A DNA stretch of 64,000 nucleotides from an uncultured virus (IMG/VR IMGVR_UViG_3300013004_000031) (lineage: Duplodnaviria; Heunggongvirae; Uroviricota; Caudoviricetes), in the IMG/VR virus record IMGVR_UViG_3300013004_000031, positions 1-64,000 of that record. One strand, written 5' to 3'. The notes under the pieces were generated by a model. The model was given only the letters and a program-made list of their open reading frames with translations, was not told where the DNA came from and did not search any database. The translations under genes were made by a program, and so were the position numbers. Numbering within the stretch: the stretch's first letter is position 1; each line of letters starts with the position of its first letter. Below, one piece after another: positions 45,317 to 56,300 of the stretch.

Positions 45317-46116
45317 AGGAAAGAATCGGGTTAGGTATTATAACCAAAGATCGTCCACAATTTCTAAAAAAATTGTTGGATAGTATTGATGGGTGTAATT
45401 GGTTGGAGTTGATCATCATCAATGATGGTGATCCATTTGAATGCCCCGGATATAATTATTATATCCATACAAACGAAACAAATTTGGGAGTTGCGGCATC
45501 TAAAAATAAGGCAATGAAACATTTGTTGAACATTGGTTGTGATCACATCTTCCTCATTGAAGACGATATGCTTATCAAAGACCCAAACATTTTTCAAGCA
45601 TACATTGACGCTTCCAAGAAGAGTGGAATCCAACACCTGATGTTCGGCTACCACGGTCCTGCCAATAAGAATGGTATCTCCCATGGTAAGCCATGTCCCC
45701 GATTGGTGGTAGATTATGGGGATTTATCCCTAGCTTTCAATCAGCATTGCGTGGGAGCGTTCTGTTATTATTCCCGCAAGTGTCTGGAAGATGTCGGTCT
45801 GATTGACGAGAAATTCCGAAATGCTTTTGATCATGTTTCCCATAGCTATGAACTTGCCTTGAAAGGATATTCCACTCCTTACTGGTGGTGGGCTGATCTA
45901 GCCAATTCCTTGGATTACATTGAAGAACAAGCGTGTTCAGAGGAAAATTCGTCCATCAAGACTCCCGAATCCATGCAGAAATGGCAGGATAATATTCGGG
46001 GTTCCATGGAGTATTTCAAGGAAAAATTTGGTATATTCCCATTTGGGAGTGATGGTGTTCCAGATACGAGGGAACAAGAGGTATTGACATTTTTGAAAAG
46101 CGTGAGATCATTTTGA
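45313..46116 (+). CDS. GT2 glycosyltransferase
   Basis: IIIND, NLGVA.SKN, LIEDD and VG.IDE.F. Confidence 0.88.
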   Translation: MKERIGLGIITKDRPQFLKKLLDSIDGCNWLELIIINDGDPFECPGYNYYIHTNETNLGVAASKNKAMKHLLNIGCDHIFLIEDDMLIKDPNIFQAYIDASKKSGIQHLMFGYHGPANKNGISHGKPCPRLVVDYGDLSLAFNQHCVGAFCYYSRKCLEDVGLIDEKFRNAFDHVSHSYELALKGYSTPYWWWADLANSLDYIEEQACSEENSSIKTPESMQKWQDNIRGSMEYFKEKFGIFPFGSDGVPDTREQEVLTFLKSVRSF

Positions 46117-46355
46117 TTATGGTGAAAGAAATTAAAACAATCAAAGTTGATTATTGGTCACATCAAAAATTATCCGAAAAAATCATTTTGATGATTCAAA
46201 GTAGTATAGATAAAAATGAGAGTGTTTATGAATTGAATTGTGTTCCGAATATGAAAAAACCCTATTTTTGGGAATTTTGGAAATGGAGTACTTATCGAAA
46301 AGAGTGTGATAGAATCATGGAATCGGTTCGGTCGAGTATTAACAATTTTAAATAA
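46113..46355 (+). CDS. Hypothetical protein
   Basis: Coupled small ORF. Confidence 0.5.
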   Translation: MIMVKEIKTIKVDYWSHQKLSEKIILMIQSSIDKNESVYELNCVPNMKKPYFWEFWKWSTYRKECDRIMESVRSSINNFK

Positions 46356-47164
46356 TGAAAACAGATTTAAATAATATTGGCTTGATGATTCACTTCCGTA
46401 GGGATGTGGATGACCGCTTTCGCAATCTGGAAATGGTTGTTAAATTTTATCGTGAGAATTCCGATAACCTGCAAATCGCCATTCTAAATGACGATAAGGA
46501 ATTGGATAAGGACTTCAAGAGACTCTGTAAGCAATACGATTGTAAGGGTCTATTCATGGAGAACAACGATGTCTATTGGAGAACCAAGGCATTCAATGAG
46601 ATGTCCAAAATTCTGGATGTGGAGTGTCTAATTGCGGGAGATACTGATGTGATCGTTGATCCGAAATTTATTCTGGAAGCAAAGCAATTGTTTGACGAAA
46701 ATACGGGGATTGTGTATCCTTACAACGGAATGTTCATACATTTGAAGCAACCGATGTTTGAAATATTCGCCGTAGGTCAAGCCCTACTTGACCTATTGGA
46801 CAAATCTCAAACACTGAAACCTATTCCTTATGATCAGGATGAGAATTTTCTCGTTGCACATCCTCAGAGCAAAGGGGGGATGGTAATGTTTAGTAAGAAA
46901 GCATTTTTAGATTGTAACGGATACAATCCCAATTTCAAGGGATGGGGATATGAAGATGATGAAATTCTAGCTAGATTTCAGAAATCGGGTTGGGATATTT
47001 TGAGAGTTGGTAATAAAGACGCAATTGCATGGCATCTTCCTCATGAGAATACGGTGAGAGAGAAACATCCATATTACGAAAACAATCGTAAGCATTCTGA
47101 TTTTGTTTGTGGCAATACTTGGGGACAAGAATTGGAAAATTATATCAAGAGTTGGAAGATTTGA
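46355..47164 (+). CDS. GT2/GT7-like glycosyltransferase
   Basis: DTD, GG, GYNPNFKGWGYEDDE and WHL.H. Confidence 0.88.
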   Translation: MKTDLNNIGLMIHFRRDVDDRFRNLEMVVKFYRENSDNLQIAILNDDKELDKDFKRLCKQYDCKGLFMENNDVYWRTKAFNEMSKILDVECLIAGDTDVIVDPKFILEAKQLFDENTGIVYPYNGMFIHLKQPMFEIFAVGQALLDLLDKSQTLKPIPYDQDENFLVAHPQSKGGMVMFSKKAFLDCNGYNPNFKGWGYEDDEILARFQKSGWDILRVGNKDAIAWHLPHENTVREKHPYYENNRKHSDFVCGNTWGQELENYIKSWKI

Positions 47165-47859
47165 AACCTAGATTTTCCATATGTATTCCCGTTTGGGAAC
47201 AGCACGGATTTGGTCTTCAATATCTGAAAGACCTGATTCATTCGATTCAAATCCAAACATTTCATGATTGGGAAATTGTAATTTCCGATCACAGTCAAAA
47301 TTTTGATATTTCCGATTATTGCTTTGAAGAATGGAAAAATGATTACACCATACGATATGTCAAATATGATGAAAATTACGGCAACGGTGTCGCCAATCTC
47401 AACAATGCTTTAAAAATGGCAAATGGAGAAATTATCAAGATCATGTTTCAAGATGATTTCATGTTCACGCATAAATGTTTAGAAGCTTTACATGAAACGT
47501 TTCAGGATGAAAATACAAAATGGGCTGTTTGTGGGTGCAATCATACGAGAGATGGGGTAAAATTTGAAAGACCCATGGTTCCGTCTTGGAATAATTATTT
47601 ATTGGAAGGTATAAACACGATCAGTTCCCCATCCGTTCTAGCATTTAGAAATGAAAACATTGAATTGTTTGATGAGAACTTGACAATGCTCATGGATGTG
47701 GAATACTACTATCGATTGGGAAGACGATACGGATTACCTACGATACTTGAAGATTGTTTGGTTACTAATCGTTGTCATGAAAATCAAATCAGTAGTAGGT
47801 ATTCTGGAAATTTGGGAGATGAAGTAAGATATTGTAAAGAAAAATATGATAGTAACTGA
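47161..47859 (+). CDS. GT2 glycosyltransferase
   Basis: FSICIP, EIVISD, N.NNA, FQDD, SPS and FDE.L...D.EY. Confidence 0.88.
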   Translation: MKPRFSICIPVWEQHGFGLQYLKDLIHSIQIQTFHDWEIVISDHSQNFDISDYCFEEWKNDYTIRYVKYDENYGNGVANLNNALKMANGEIIKIMFQDDFMFTHKCLEALHETFQDENTKWAVCGCNHTRDGVKFERPMVPSWNNYLLEGINTISSPSVLAFRNENIELFDENLTMLMDVEYYYRLGRRYGLPTILEDCLVTNRCHENQISSRYSGNLGDEVRYCKEKYDSN

Positions 47860-48736
47860 AATATACAACGGTCAAGGGCTAGGTAATCAACTTGCTTGTT
47901 ATGTGACAACACGGGTAGTTGCCAAGGATAAGGGATTTGATTTTGGGATTATGAATCCCCATAAATTTAAATGTTTGGATTTTATGGATTTAGATTTTGG
48001 ATTGCCTGTTACGGGTGGTTCTGGTAGGGAAGGTGGACCACCTGATACGCTTCCCGATGATATTCAGCATTATTTTAAAGAAAGATGGTTGTATCTTTCA
48101 AATGGTTCTAATGTGACAATCGATGATCTAAATTTGGAATCTATTCAGGATAATACAAAAATTGACGGGATTTTTCAATCGGAAGATCGTATCATCCATC
48201 GTAAAGATGAAATTAGACAATGGTTGAAAGTCAAAGCAGAAAAAGATTGCTATGATTATTCTGATCCAAATATTTGCATCATTAATTATCGTGGTGGAGA
48301 ATATGCGAGTGTTGTCCATTTCCATTTAAATGGGAAGTATTGGGATGATGCGATTGATAGAATGCGAAAAATTAACCCGAATTTTAGATTTGTAGTTATC
48401 ACTGATGATGTAGAAAGAGCAAGCAGACAATTCCCTGATTTTGAAGTGAAACATTATGATGTGGGGACAGATTTCACTATTATCAAGAATGCTCATTATT
48501 TGATTTTATCAAATTCCAGCTTCCCGTATTTTGCCACTTTACTAAGTGATACTGTAAAGTATATATTAGCTCCCAAGTATTGGGGTCGCCATAATATCTC
48601 TGATGGTTATTGGTCATGCGGATATAATATTTTTAGAAATCACAATTATTTAGATAGAGAGGGGAATCTCTTTACTTGGGAAGAATGTGTGATAGAACAT
48701 GAGGAATACAAAAAACGAACAGGAATTTATGGGTAA
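47846..48736 (+). CDS. GT11 (alpha-1,2-fucosyltransferase-like) glycosyltransferase
   Basis: GQGLGNQL, G.FQSE, NYRGGEY, TDD and LSNSSF. Confidence 0.8.
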   Translation: MIVTEIYNGQGLGNQLACYVTTRVVAKDKGFDFGIMNPHKFKCLDFMDLDFGLPVTGGSGREGGPPDTLPDDIQHYFKERWLYLSNGSNVTIDDLNLESIQDNTKIDGIFQSEDRIIHRKDEIRQWLKVKAEKDCYDYSDPNICIINYRGGEYASVVHFHLNGKYWDDAIDRMRKINPNFRFVVITDDVERASRQFPDFEVKHYDVGTDFTIIKNAHYLILSNSSFPYFATLLSDTVKYILAPKYWGRHNISDGYWSCGYNIFRNHNYLDREGNLFTWEECVIEHEEYKKRTGIYG

Positions 48737-49505
48737 AGTATTTGATGTATTTTCATTTTTCAATGAGTTGGATTTGTTGGAAGTTCGTCTGAACATTCTG
48801 GACAAATACGTGGATTATTTTGTGATTGTAGAATCGAGACAAACTTTCACAGGAGTTGAAAAGCCGTTGTATTACGAGGAAAATAAAGAGCGTTTCAAAC
48901 AATGGCATTCCAAGATCATTCATCATGTGATGCCTGATTTTCCCCAAGATGGAGATCATTATCAACGAGCATTGAGAAGTCCAAATGTTGGAGACGGTGC
49001 GGAGAATTGGTTGCGAGAATTTTATCAGAAGGAAGCTCCAATCCGTGCTTTGGAAAACATTTGTATTGATGATGATATTATTTTTCTATCAGATTTGGAT
49101 GAGATTTGGAATCCTGAAAATCCAGACATTTGTTATAATTTACAACATGGACAAGTTTATCGACCAATCCAAACAGCATATCCATATTATTTAAATAACC
49201 GTTCCAATCAGGATATCGGTTGCTGGACGGGAACAAGAGTCGGGACATATAAGACGCTAAAACATTATGGTTGCAATCATTTTAGGACAGAGCGAGAAGC
49301 TAAGAGCATCCCCGTTTCAAACGGGGGGTGGCATTTCAGTTGGACAAACAAGGATGCAAAATATGAAGCATTTAAATACAACGATGTCCAAGCTCGTTAT
49401 GAAATCGTTTCCAGAGAACAAACTTGGAAAGACGAATCGGATTTACCAGAGTATATTATGAAAAATAAAGAAGAATTGGTGGAGAAAGGATTAATGTTGC
49501 AATGA
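48729..49505 (+). CDS. GT17 (GlcNAc-transferase III-like) glycosyltransferase
   Basis: FFNELDLLEVRL, FVIVES..TF.G..K, SDLDEI and GGWHFSW. Confidence 0.85.
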   Translation: MGKVFDVFSFFNELDLLEVRLNILDKYVDYFVIVESRQTFTGVEKPLYYEENKERFKQWHSKIIHHVMPDFPQDGDHYQRALRSPNVGDGAENWLREFYQKEAPIRALENICIDDDIIFLSDLDEIWNPENPDICYNLQHGQVYRPIQTAYPYYLNNRSNQDIGCWTGTRVGTYKTLKHYGCNHFRTEREAKSIPVSNGGWHFSWTNKDAKYEAFKYNDVQARYEIVSREQTWKDESDLPEYIMKNKEELVEKGLMLQ

Positions 49506-50095
49506 CAAGAACTGAAATTATTAATGCGCTTATTGATAAGCATGGATATGAAGATTATCTGGAGATTGGCGTAAATACGCCATCACAACCGGGATATAAT
49601 TGGGTGGGGGTGAAAGCTAGAATTAAACACGGAGTTGATCCTAATGTTGATACAACATATCGGATGACATCTGATGAATTTTTCGAGAAACCTTTATCAC
49701 AGAATTATAGTATTATTTTCGTAGATGGACTTCATATTTTCGAACAGGTTTATCGTGATATTGTAAATTCTTTAAAATACTTGTCTCCAAATGGAACTAT
49801 TGTCGTTCATGATTGTAATCCCGTCACGGAAATCACACAGCGCAGAGAACGTGCTTCCGATGCGTGGCATGGTGATGTTTGGAAGGCTATTGTGAAGCTC
49901 CGCATGGAGGAAATCGGACTCACCATCCACACAGTTGACACCGACGAGGGATGTGCTATTATCCGTAGAGGTAGTCAAATTCTACTTCCCGTTTCTTCTG
50001 ATGAAGACCCATATGATTATTCGTTTCTGGAAAGACGAAGGGTGGAAGCTCTGAATCTGATTGGTGTTGAAGAATTTAAGAGAATTTATCTATGA
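49502..50095 (+). CDS. Class I SAM-dependent methyltransferase (Methyltransf_24-like)
   Basis: YLEIGV, GVDP, IFVDGLH and VVHD. Confidence 0.88.
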   Translation: MTRTEIINALIDKHGYEDYLEIGVNTPSQPGYNWVGVKARIKHGVDPNVDTTYRMTSDEFFEKPLSQNYSIIFVDGLHIFEQVYRDIVNSLKYLSPNGTIVVHDCNPVTEITQRRERASDAWHGDVWKAIVKLRMEEIGLTIHTVDTDEGCAIIRRGSQILLPVSSDEDPYDYSFLERRRVEALNLIGVEEFKRIYL

Positions 50096-50301
50096 AACCT
50101 ATGATAAAATGGCATCCAGCTTTTCGCTGGTCAGTTGGAGCTTTGATATGGATGTTCTTCATAGTTCCCGTTTGTGTAATTGGCTCGATATATTTGCTAT
50201 TAACTGATACATTGGAATCTATTGGTGATAGGTTTTCAGAGCTTGGCGATGTCTTAGGAGAAACTTTCGGAGGCATTTTATTCGGTGAAAAAAATTCATA
50301 A
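50092..50301 (+). CDS. Small membrane protein
   Basis: Hydrophobic segment; coupled overlaps. Confidence 0.55.
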   Translation: MKPMIKWHPAFRWSVGALIWMFFIVPVCVIGSIYLLLTDTLESIGDRFSELGDVLGETFGGILFGEKNS

Positions 50302-51019
50302 AAATTTCGTAGTCGTTAGCGATTACAATTGGCTACCCGATAATCTTGAGGATTCTTGGGTTGACAGGTGGTGTGAGAATTATCTGATCTATGACCGCTA
50401 TCATCGATTTCCCGAATCGGATAAGGTGAAACATCAGAAGAATGTGGGGCAAAATGTTTATGATATGTTCCACTTCATTCTTGAGAATTACGATAATCTC
50501 CCCGATTCTACTTTATTCTGTCGAGCATGTCTGATGAATCAAAAAGATACGGGAACACCAAGGCACGATGAAAATGGTCGAGTTATTTCCAACGGAAATT
50601 GCACTGAAGAATTTTTCCTAAGTGTTGCCAACAATACAACATTCACAGAAATTCAGGATTTTACCACGGAGCCTTGGAGAATTAATAATGTGGCTAACAA
50701 GATCGGGGATGACAACAGCTACATGGAAATCAATAACTCTTGGTATTTTGGAAAACATCAAGGGAAATATTATTCAAACATCAACGATTTTTTCAATGAC
50801 ATGTGGGAGAATCCTGAGATTCCTGAGTGGTTCAGATTCGCACCGGGAGTGAATTATATCATCCCGAAGGAGTATATTTTGAAATACTCCAAAAAATTCT
50901 ACCAAAGAATCCTTGATATACTTGGATGGGATGTTATTGTTGGGGAAGCTCACATGATTGAGCGAGCATTGTGGACAATATTCCATAATGATTGGAAAGT
51001 AAAAGAAGAATATAGATAA
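50285..51019 (+). CDS. DUF3431-like putative glycan-related protein
   Basis: NVG, FI.ENYDNLPD, FAPG..YI..KE.I and H.IER. Confidence 0.7.
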   Translation: MKKIHKNFVVVSDYNWLPDNLEDSWVDRWCENYLIYDRYHRFPESDKVKHQKNVGQNVYDMFHFILENYDNLPDSTLFCRACLMNQKDTGTPRHDENGRVISNGNCTEEFFLSVANNTTFTEIQDFTTEPWRINNVANKIGDDNSYMEINNSWYFGKHQGKYYSNINDFFNDMWENPEIPEWFRFAPGVNYIIPKEYILKYSKKFYQRILDILGWDVIVGEAHMIERALWTIFHNDWKVKEEYR

Positions 51020-51573
51020 TGCAACCAATACATTTAAGAAACATCCCCCCTCCTGCTGAAACATTCAACCATACTGAATTTTTCGATTTGTTATTCAAGT
51101 GGATTCGTCCAGAACACTATCTAGAACTTGGTGTGCGGCATGGAGGTAATTTCGTCACGCTTGCCAAACACTGTAAGAAAGCGGTTGGAGTTGATATGAT
51201 TCCCGCCGAATTTCCGGTGGTGGGTAATATGGAATACCACCAAAAAACAACTGATGATTATTTTGAATCATTAACTACTGAACAATTTGATGCCGTGTTT
51301 ATTGACGCTGACCATTCCCACGAACAATCTTTGAAAGATTTTAACAATGTAAAAGATAGAGTGATCGAGGATGGATTTATATTTTTTCATGATACCTATC
51401 CTTGGGATTGGTCTATGACTGACAGAGGGCAATGTGAAGATGTTTACAAAACCGCGAAATATATCAAACAAAATCTAATCGATGACTTTGAAATTGTCAC
51501 ATTACCATTCAATCCCGGTGTGACGATTTGTAAGAAGATTTCTAGAACAAAACAAATGATTTATGACTGGTGA
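51019..51573 (+). CDS. Class I SAM-dependent methyltransferase (Methyltransf_24-like)
   Basis: YLELGV, VFIDADH and FFHDT. Confidence 0.88.
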   Translation: MQPIHLRNIPPPAETFNHTEFFDLLFKWIRPEHYLELGVRHGGNFVTLAKHCKKAVGVDMIPAEFPVVGNMEYHQKTTDDYFESLTTEQFDAVFIDADHSHEQSLKDFNNVKDRVIEDGFIFFHDTYPWDWSMTDRGQCEDVYKTAKYIKQNLIDDFEIVTLPFNPGVTICKKISRTKQMIYDW

Positions 51574-52495
51574 GAAAATTTTCATAACGGGCGGTGCTGG
51601 ATTTCTTGGTAGAAATTTAATTCGTCGCTTGCATCAAGATAATGAAATCACCGTGTATTCACGCGATGAGTCCAAACACTATTATCTGAAAAAGGAATAC
51701 CCAAAGGTGAATTTTGTGGTTGGAGATATCCGCAATCGTGATCTGCTGATCAGAAAATCAAGACATCACACTGTGGGTATTTTCGCCGCATCCCTGAAAC
51801 AGATTGAAGCTTGTAATGATAATTATGAGGAAGCTTCAAAAATCATTATTGATGGTGCAATCAATTCCAGAATTGCGGCAGAGGAAAATAATTTCAAAGC
51901 TGCTTGCTTCATCTCATCTGATAAAAGCAGAGCAGCAACTACAATTTATGGTGCAATGAAATATGTAGCTGGTGAGTGTTTCATTGCAGGAGAGTGGAGT
52001 CCTACCAAATTGACAACAGCGGTCTATGGCAATGTTATGAATTCCACAGGTTCAATCATTCCGTTGATTTGGGAATATATTAAGAGTGGTAAGACGCTTT
52101 CCCTATACGGGGAAGAAATGACTCGGTTTCTAATGGATGTGGATGATGCTGTTGATTTAATTTTAAAATCTACGAAATATAATAAATGTAACGTGATTCC
52201 TAGTCTGAGATCATTCTATGTAATTGATATTTTTAACATTTATAAAGAAAAATTTGGTCTAAAATATGAGATATCAGAACCACGAACGGGGGAGAAGATA
52301 CATGAAATCATGGCATCTTCCGAAGAAATTCGCCGGATGCGATATATGGATGGTGACGATTTATATTTATTATATCCAGATAAATGTGGTCATGACATTA
52401 CATTTTTTAATAATGAATATTCTTCAAGAGACAACTCACTTGAATATATAGAACTTGAAAGGTATTTAGAATCTAAAAATTATTTCAAACCATGA
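51563..52495 (+). CDS. NDP-sugar 4,6-dehydratase/epimerase (PseB/FnlA/CapD-like)
   Basis: TGGAGFLG, SRDE.K, SSDK, YGAMK, YGNV..S.GS and R.GEK.HE. Confidence 0.88.
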   Translation: MTGEKIFITGGAGFLGRNLIRRLHQDNEITVYSRDESKHYYLKKEYPKVNFVVGDIRNRDLLIRKSRHHTVGIFAASLKQIEACNDNYEEASKIIIDGAINSRIAAEENNFKAACFISSDKSRAATTIYGAMKYVAGECFIAGEWSPTKLTTAVYGNVMNSTGSIIPLIWEYIKSGKTLSLYGEEMTRFLMDVDDAVDLILKSTKYNKCNVIPSLRSFYVIDIFNIYKEKFGLKYEISEPRTGEKIHEIMASSEEIRRMRYMDGDDLYLLYPDKCGHDITFFNNEYSSRDNSLEYIELERYLESKNYFKP

Positions 52496-53292
52496 AAATT
52501 GTAGTATTTGGTAGCACAGGAATGTTGGGGACTTATTGTGTGAAGTATTTTTCCCAAATGGGATACGATGTGGTCGGGGTGGATAGAACCACGTTAGACC
52601 TAACATCGGATCATAAAACGATATTAGATTACCTACATCGGAACGTGACGGAAAATGATATTATAATCAACGCCGCTGGATGCATTCCCCAAAGAGTTAA
52701 AGATGATGATGTGATGTTTGCTGTTAATACCATATTTCCACATGTATTATCAAAATTTAAAATAGACGTTCCTTGCCAAATTATACATGTAAGCACTGAT
52801 TGTGTTTATAGTGGGGAGCGCGGGTTTTATGATGAAAATTCCCCCCACGATTGTAAAGACACATATGGAAAAAGCAAGTCATTGGGGGAGCCTCAAAATC
52901 TCACTATCATTAGAACATCGATCATTGGGGAAGAAATTCACAACAAACGGTCGTTATTAGAATGGTGTAAACGAGAATCTGATAATACTGTTCGTGGGTA
53001 TGTCAATCATTGGTGGAATGGTGTTACATGTCTGGAACTATGTAAGCATATGGAATATATCATCCGTAATTGGTATTTCTGGGCTGGGGTGACGATATAC
53101 TACTCACCAGACACCCACACAAAATATAATTTAATCAACATGATTTCGGATATTTTTAATCTAAATTTAACAATAATCCCAACTATTGGTAGTAAATGTT
53201 ATCGAAATATGAAATCTATTACTTCTCCGTGTTCATCTAAAACCATCAGGCAGCAGTTAATAGAATTGAGAAATTTTAATATATATTGTTGA
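52492..53292 (+). CDS. RmlD-like NDP-sugar reductase
   Basis: GSTGMLG, INAAG, STDCVY.G, YGKSK..GE and RTSIIG. Confidence 0.88.
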   Translation: MKIVVFGSTGMLGTYCVKYFSQMGYDVVGVDRTTLDLTSDHKTILDYLHRNVTENDIIINAAGCIPQRVKDDDVMFAVNTIFPHVLSKFKIDVPCQIIHVSTDCVYSGERGFYDENSPHDCKDTYGKSKSLGEPQNLTIIRTSIIGEEIHNKRSLLEWCKRESDNTVRGYVNHWWNGVTCLELCKHMEYIIRNWYFWAGVTIYYSPDTHTKYNLINMISDIFNLNLTIIPTIGSKCYRNMKSITSPCSSKTIRQQLIELRNFNIYC

Positions 53293-53321
53293 ATTATTTG
53301 ATTTGTCGCTAAATAATCATA

Positions 53322-56300
53322 ATGAGATTGTTTAGCGAAAAGGTGTCTCCCACCTTAACTGACTCTCCTCTTAACATCATCAAAGTTCAAGATTTCTCGG
53401 AAATCTTTTTCGGTGTCTATGAGGTCGAGATAAACAAGAATAAATATCCAGTCGAAAAGATTTCCGAACACAACGGCGATCCGGTGGTGTCTATTCCAGT
53501 TGAGATGGGGGGTAAGATAGCGAATTATCCCTTTGTTCTTACCAAAGGGAAATTTGAGGTTGTGTTCAATGAACACAGTGATTACGTTGATATTTTTGAA
53601 TCCAAATTGGAGGATTTCTCCGAAGAGGAACCCGATGTAATAATTGAAAAAAATGAGATTTTTATTCCCGAAGTTATCGAAGATCGGAAAAATGAAATTC
53701 TTTTACAGATTCAAGAGGCAAAGAAAAATGCCCTGATTGCCGCCAAAAAGGAATTGGAAATCAGAAAATCCCGTCAAATCAAACAGATTCGGGAGGAATC
53801 AAATACCAAGAAAAAAGCACTTGAAAGCTATCTGGAGAGTGCGCGGGAAAATCTGGTTGATGAATTTACGATCATATCCCAACGAATCAAAAAAGAAGTT
53901 TTTGATAGTAATGATGAGAAATATTTGGAGATTCGGGAAACGATTGATAACAAGATTGAGGAGATACGCGATTCCCTTGATGAATCTCTGAAAAAAGACT
54001 TTAGTAAATCCTCCCAACTGATTGACAAGTCCATCAAGCAATTGGTCAAGGATTTGTATGAAAATAATATCAATCCAAAAGTTGATAAAGAACTTCATGA
54101 TATCGCGGTTGAAATTCATGAAAAGGTTTCAGAGATTGATAATAATTTAAATTCCAAACTGAAAGAGAAAGCTGATCTTTCCTTACTTGAAGGAGTTGAT
54201 AAAGAATTATCTGCGATTCGGGATGCCAACATTGAACTCAACAATTCCCTGAACAAAGGTGTTCAAAAAGCCCTTTCCCGTGTGGGTAATGTTGATAAAA
54301 AAGTAATTCAAATTTCTGAAGAATTTGAAAGAAAACTGGATGAAAAGGAACAAGAAGTCGTAAGTTACTTTGATGAAAAGCTAGAATTGGTTAAGGAAGA
54401 AACCCTTGATATTACCGACGAAGCTAGAAAATATTTTCAAAATCTAATTCAGGAAAGCAGAAATAATCTGCTTACGGAGATTCGTAAGATCAAAGCTGAA
54501 AAACCCGTTGAATACGTTTTGGAAACGAAGAAATCTGGTAAGGTTGTCAAGGATTGGGATTCGATTGAGAAGGAATGGAATACTAAAATTCATGATAAGA
54601 TTGAGAATGTAAAGACCGATCTCCGTAAATATGTAGCTGTATATGCCTCTGGTGGGGGGACTAATGCCACCCAATACCAAGATGGGGGAACCATGAATGG
54701 TGACTTAACAGTGGTTGGAACCATCAGCGCATCACAATATCTTGGAATCCCTTATCCATCAGAGAATGATACATTAGATATTGTTACATCTAGGGGTAAT
54801 ATCACTAATAATTCAATAAAGGTTAATAATCTTTCCGCCAATTCAGTCAATTTAACATCGGTAATAGAGGCATCAGCATTCATTACTAATGGCGGCACAT
54901 CCTCGGAATTTGTAAAAGGAGATGGCTCTCTGGATAACACAAGCTATGTGAAGACAACGGATATGGCATCTACGCTTATCTTATATGCAACCAGTGCAGC
55001 TTCTGATATAGGCGGATATTCAAGATTAGTAACCTCAAATCTTGATCCAGATTATGACGATACGGCGGTCAATATTCCAACTGGGCCGATAACAGGAACG
55101 GATCAACTAATAGCATCACTTATTCTTGATGCTGGTGTGATTGTGGGAGATGTTGGTATTTTTGCGACCACCACTATTGGTAATGTAAAAAAGGTTGCTG
55201 GTTCTGGTTCTGCTGGAGGATCGTTTCATTTTCATATCTACAAAAGGGATTCGGATGGAACCGAAGAATTTATAACTGCTAGCGATCCAACTAGCACTGT
55301 TACATCAGATTTTTATTCCGAATTTTCTAGTTCTGCCATTTTCAACAATGGTGTATTTGCCGATACTGATAGACTCGTTCTTAAATTTTATGGTTCCAAA
55401 GTCGGGGGTGGCAGTAGTGCTTCTTTTGAATTCCAATTCGGAGGAGAAACGCCTGTAAGAACTTTGCTTCCTGTTCCTGTAAGCGTCTTGCTTAGTGATT
55501 ATGTACCATACACCGGAGCAACTGATAATGTTGATCTTGGATCGAGGTCATTGTCATCTTCAAAAGTATCTGTAAATGCAGGAACAGTAATCGAACCTTC
55601 TTATAACTTTACAAGTGATGATAATAGTGGAATGTGGAGTCCTGCTTCCGATACGTTGGCGTGGTCAACCAATGGCGTGGAGAGGATGAGAATTAATGCT
55701 AATGGAAATGTCGGTATAGGAATTACTTCGCCACGTTCAAAAATAGATATTGTTGGCAATTTGACACCTAACTCACATAGATTTAGTCAAAATTCGTTCG
55801 TTCTTGATGATACAGAAGGCTTGATGCAATTTATTGCCGCTGACTCTGCAAGTTATGCAGGTGGATTAGTATTCACATCTGCTCCGACATCAGGTAATAA
55901 TAAACACTGGGGATTATTTGCGGGTGGACCTAGTGTTTCAAATAATTTTTCAATAAGGTATGCAACTACGTCTAATAATACAACAGTAAATGTATTTAAT
56001 GACACTGAACTATTCACAATTCTTAAAACTGGAAATGTCGGTGTCGGGACAGCTACTCCAAATGAAAAATTAACTGTAGCTGGGAATACTTTTGTTACTG
56101 GCGGTTTGGGTATCGGCGCTACAAATACAGCAGCTGGAACTATACAACTTGGATCAAACGGTTCAAACGGCGCACCTTCTATTGGTTGGGAAACTACTGG
56201 GTTTTATAAAACAGCTGGTAATTCAGTTGTGTTCACAAGTTCTGGTGCAAATGCGACCACTTTTACCGCAGGTGGAGGTATTAGCACTTTAGGTAATGTT

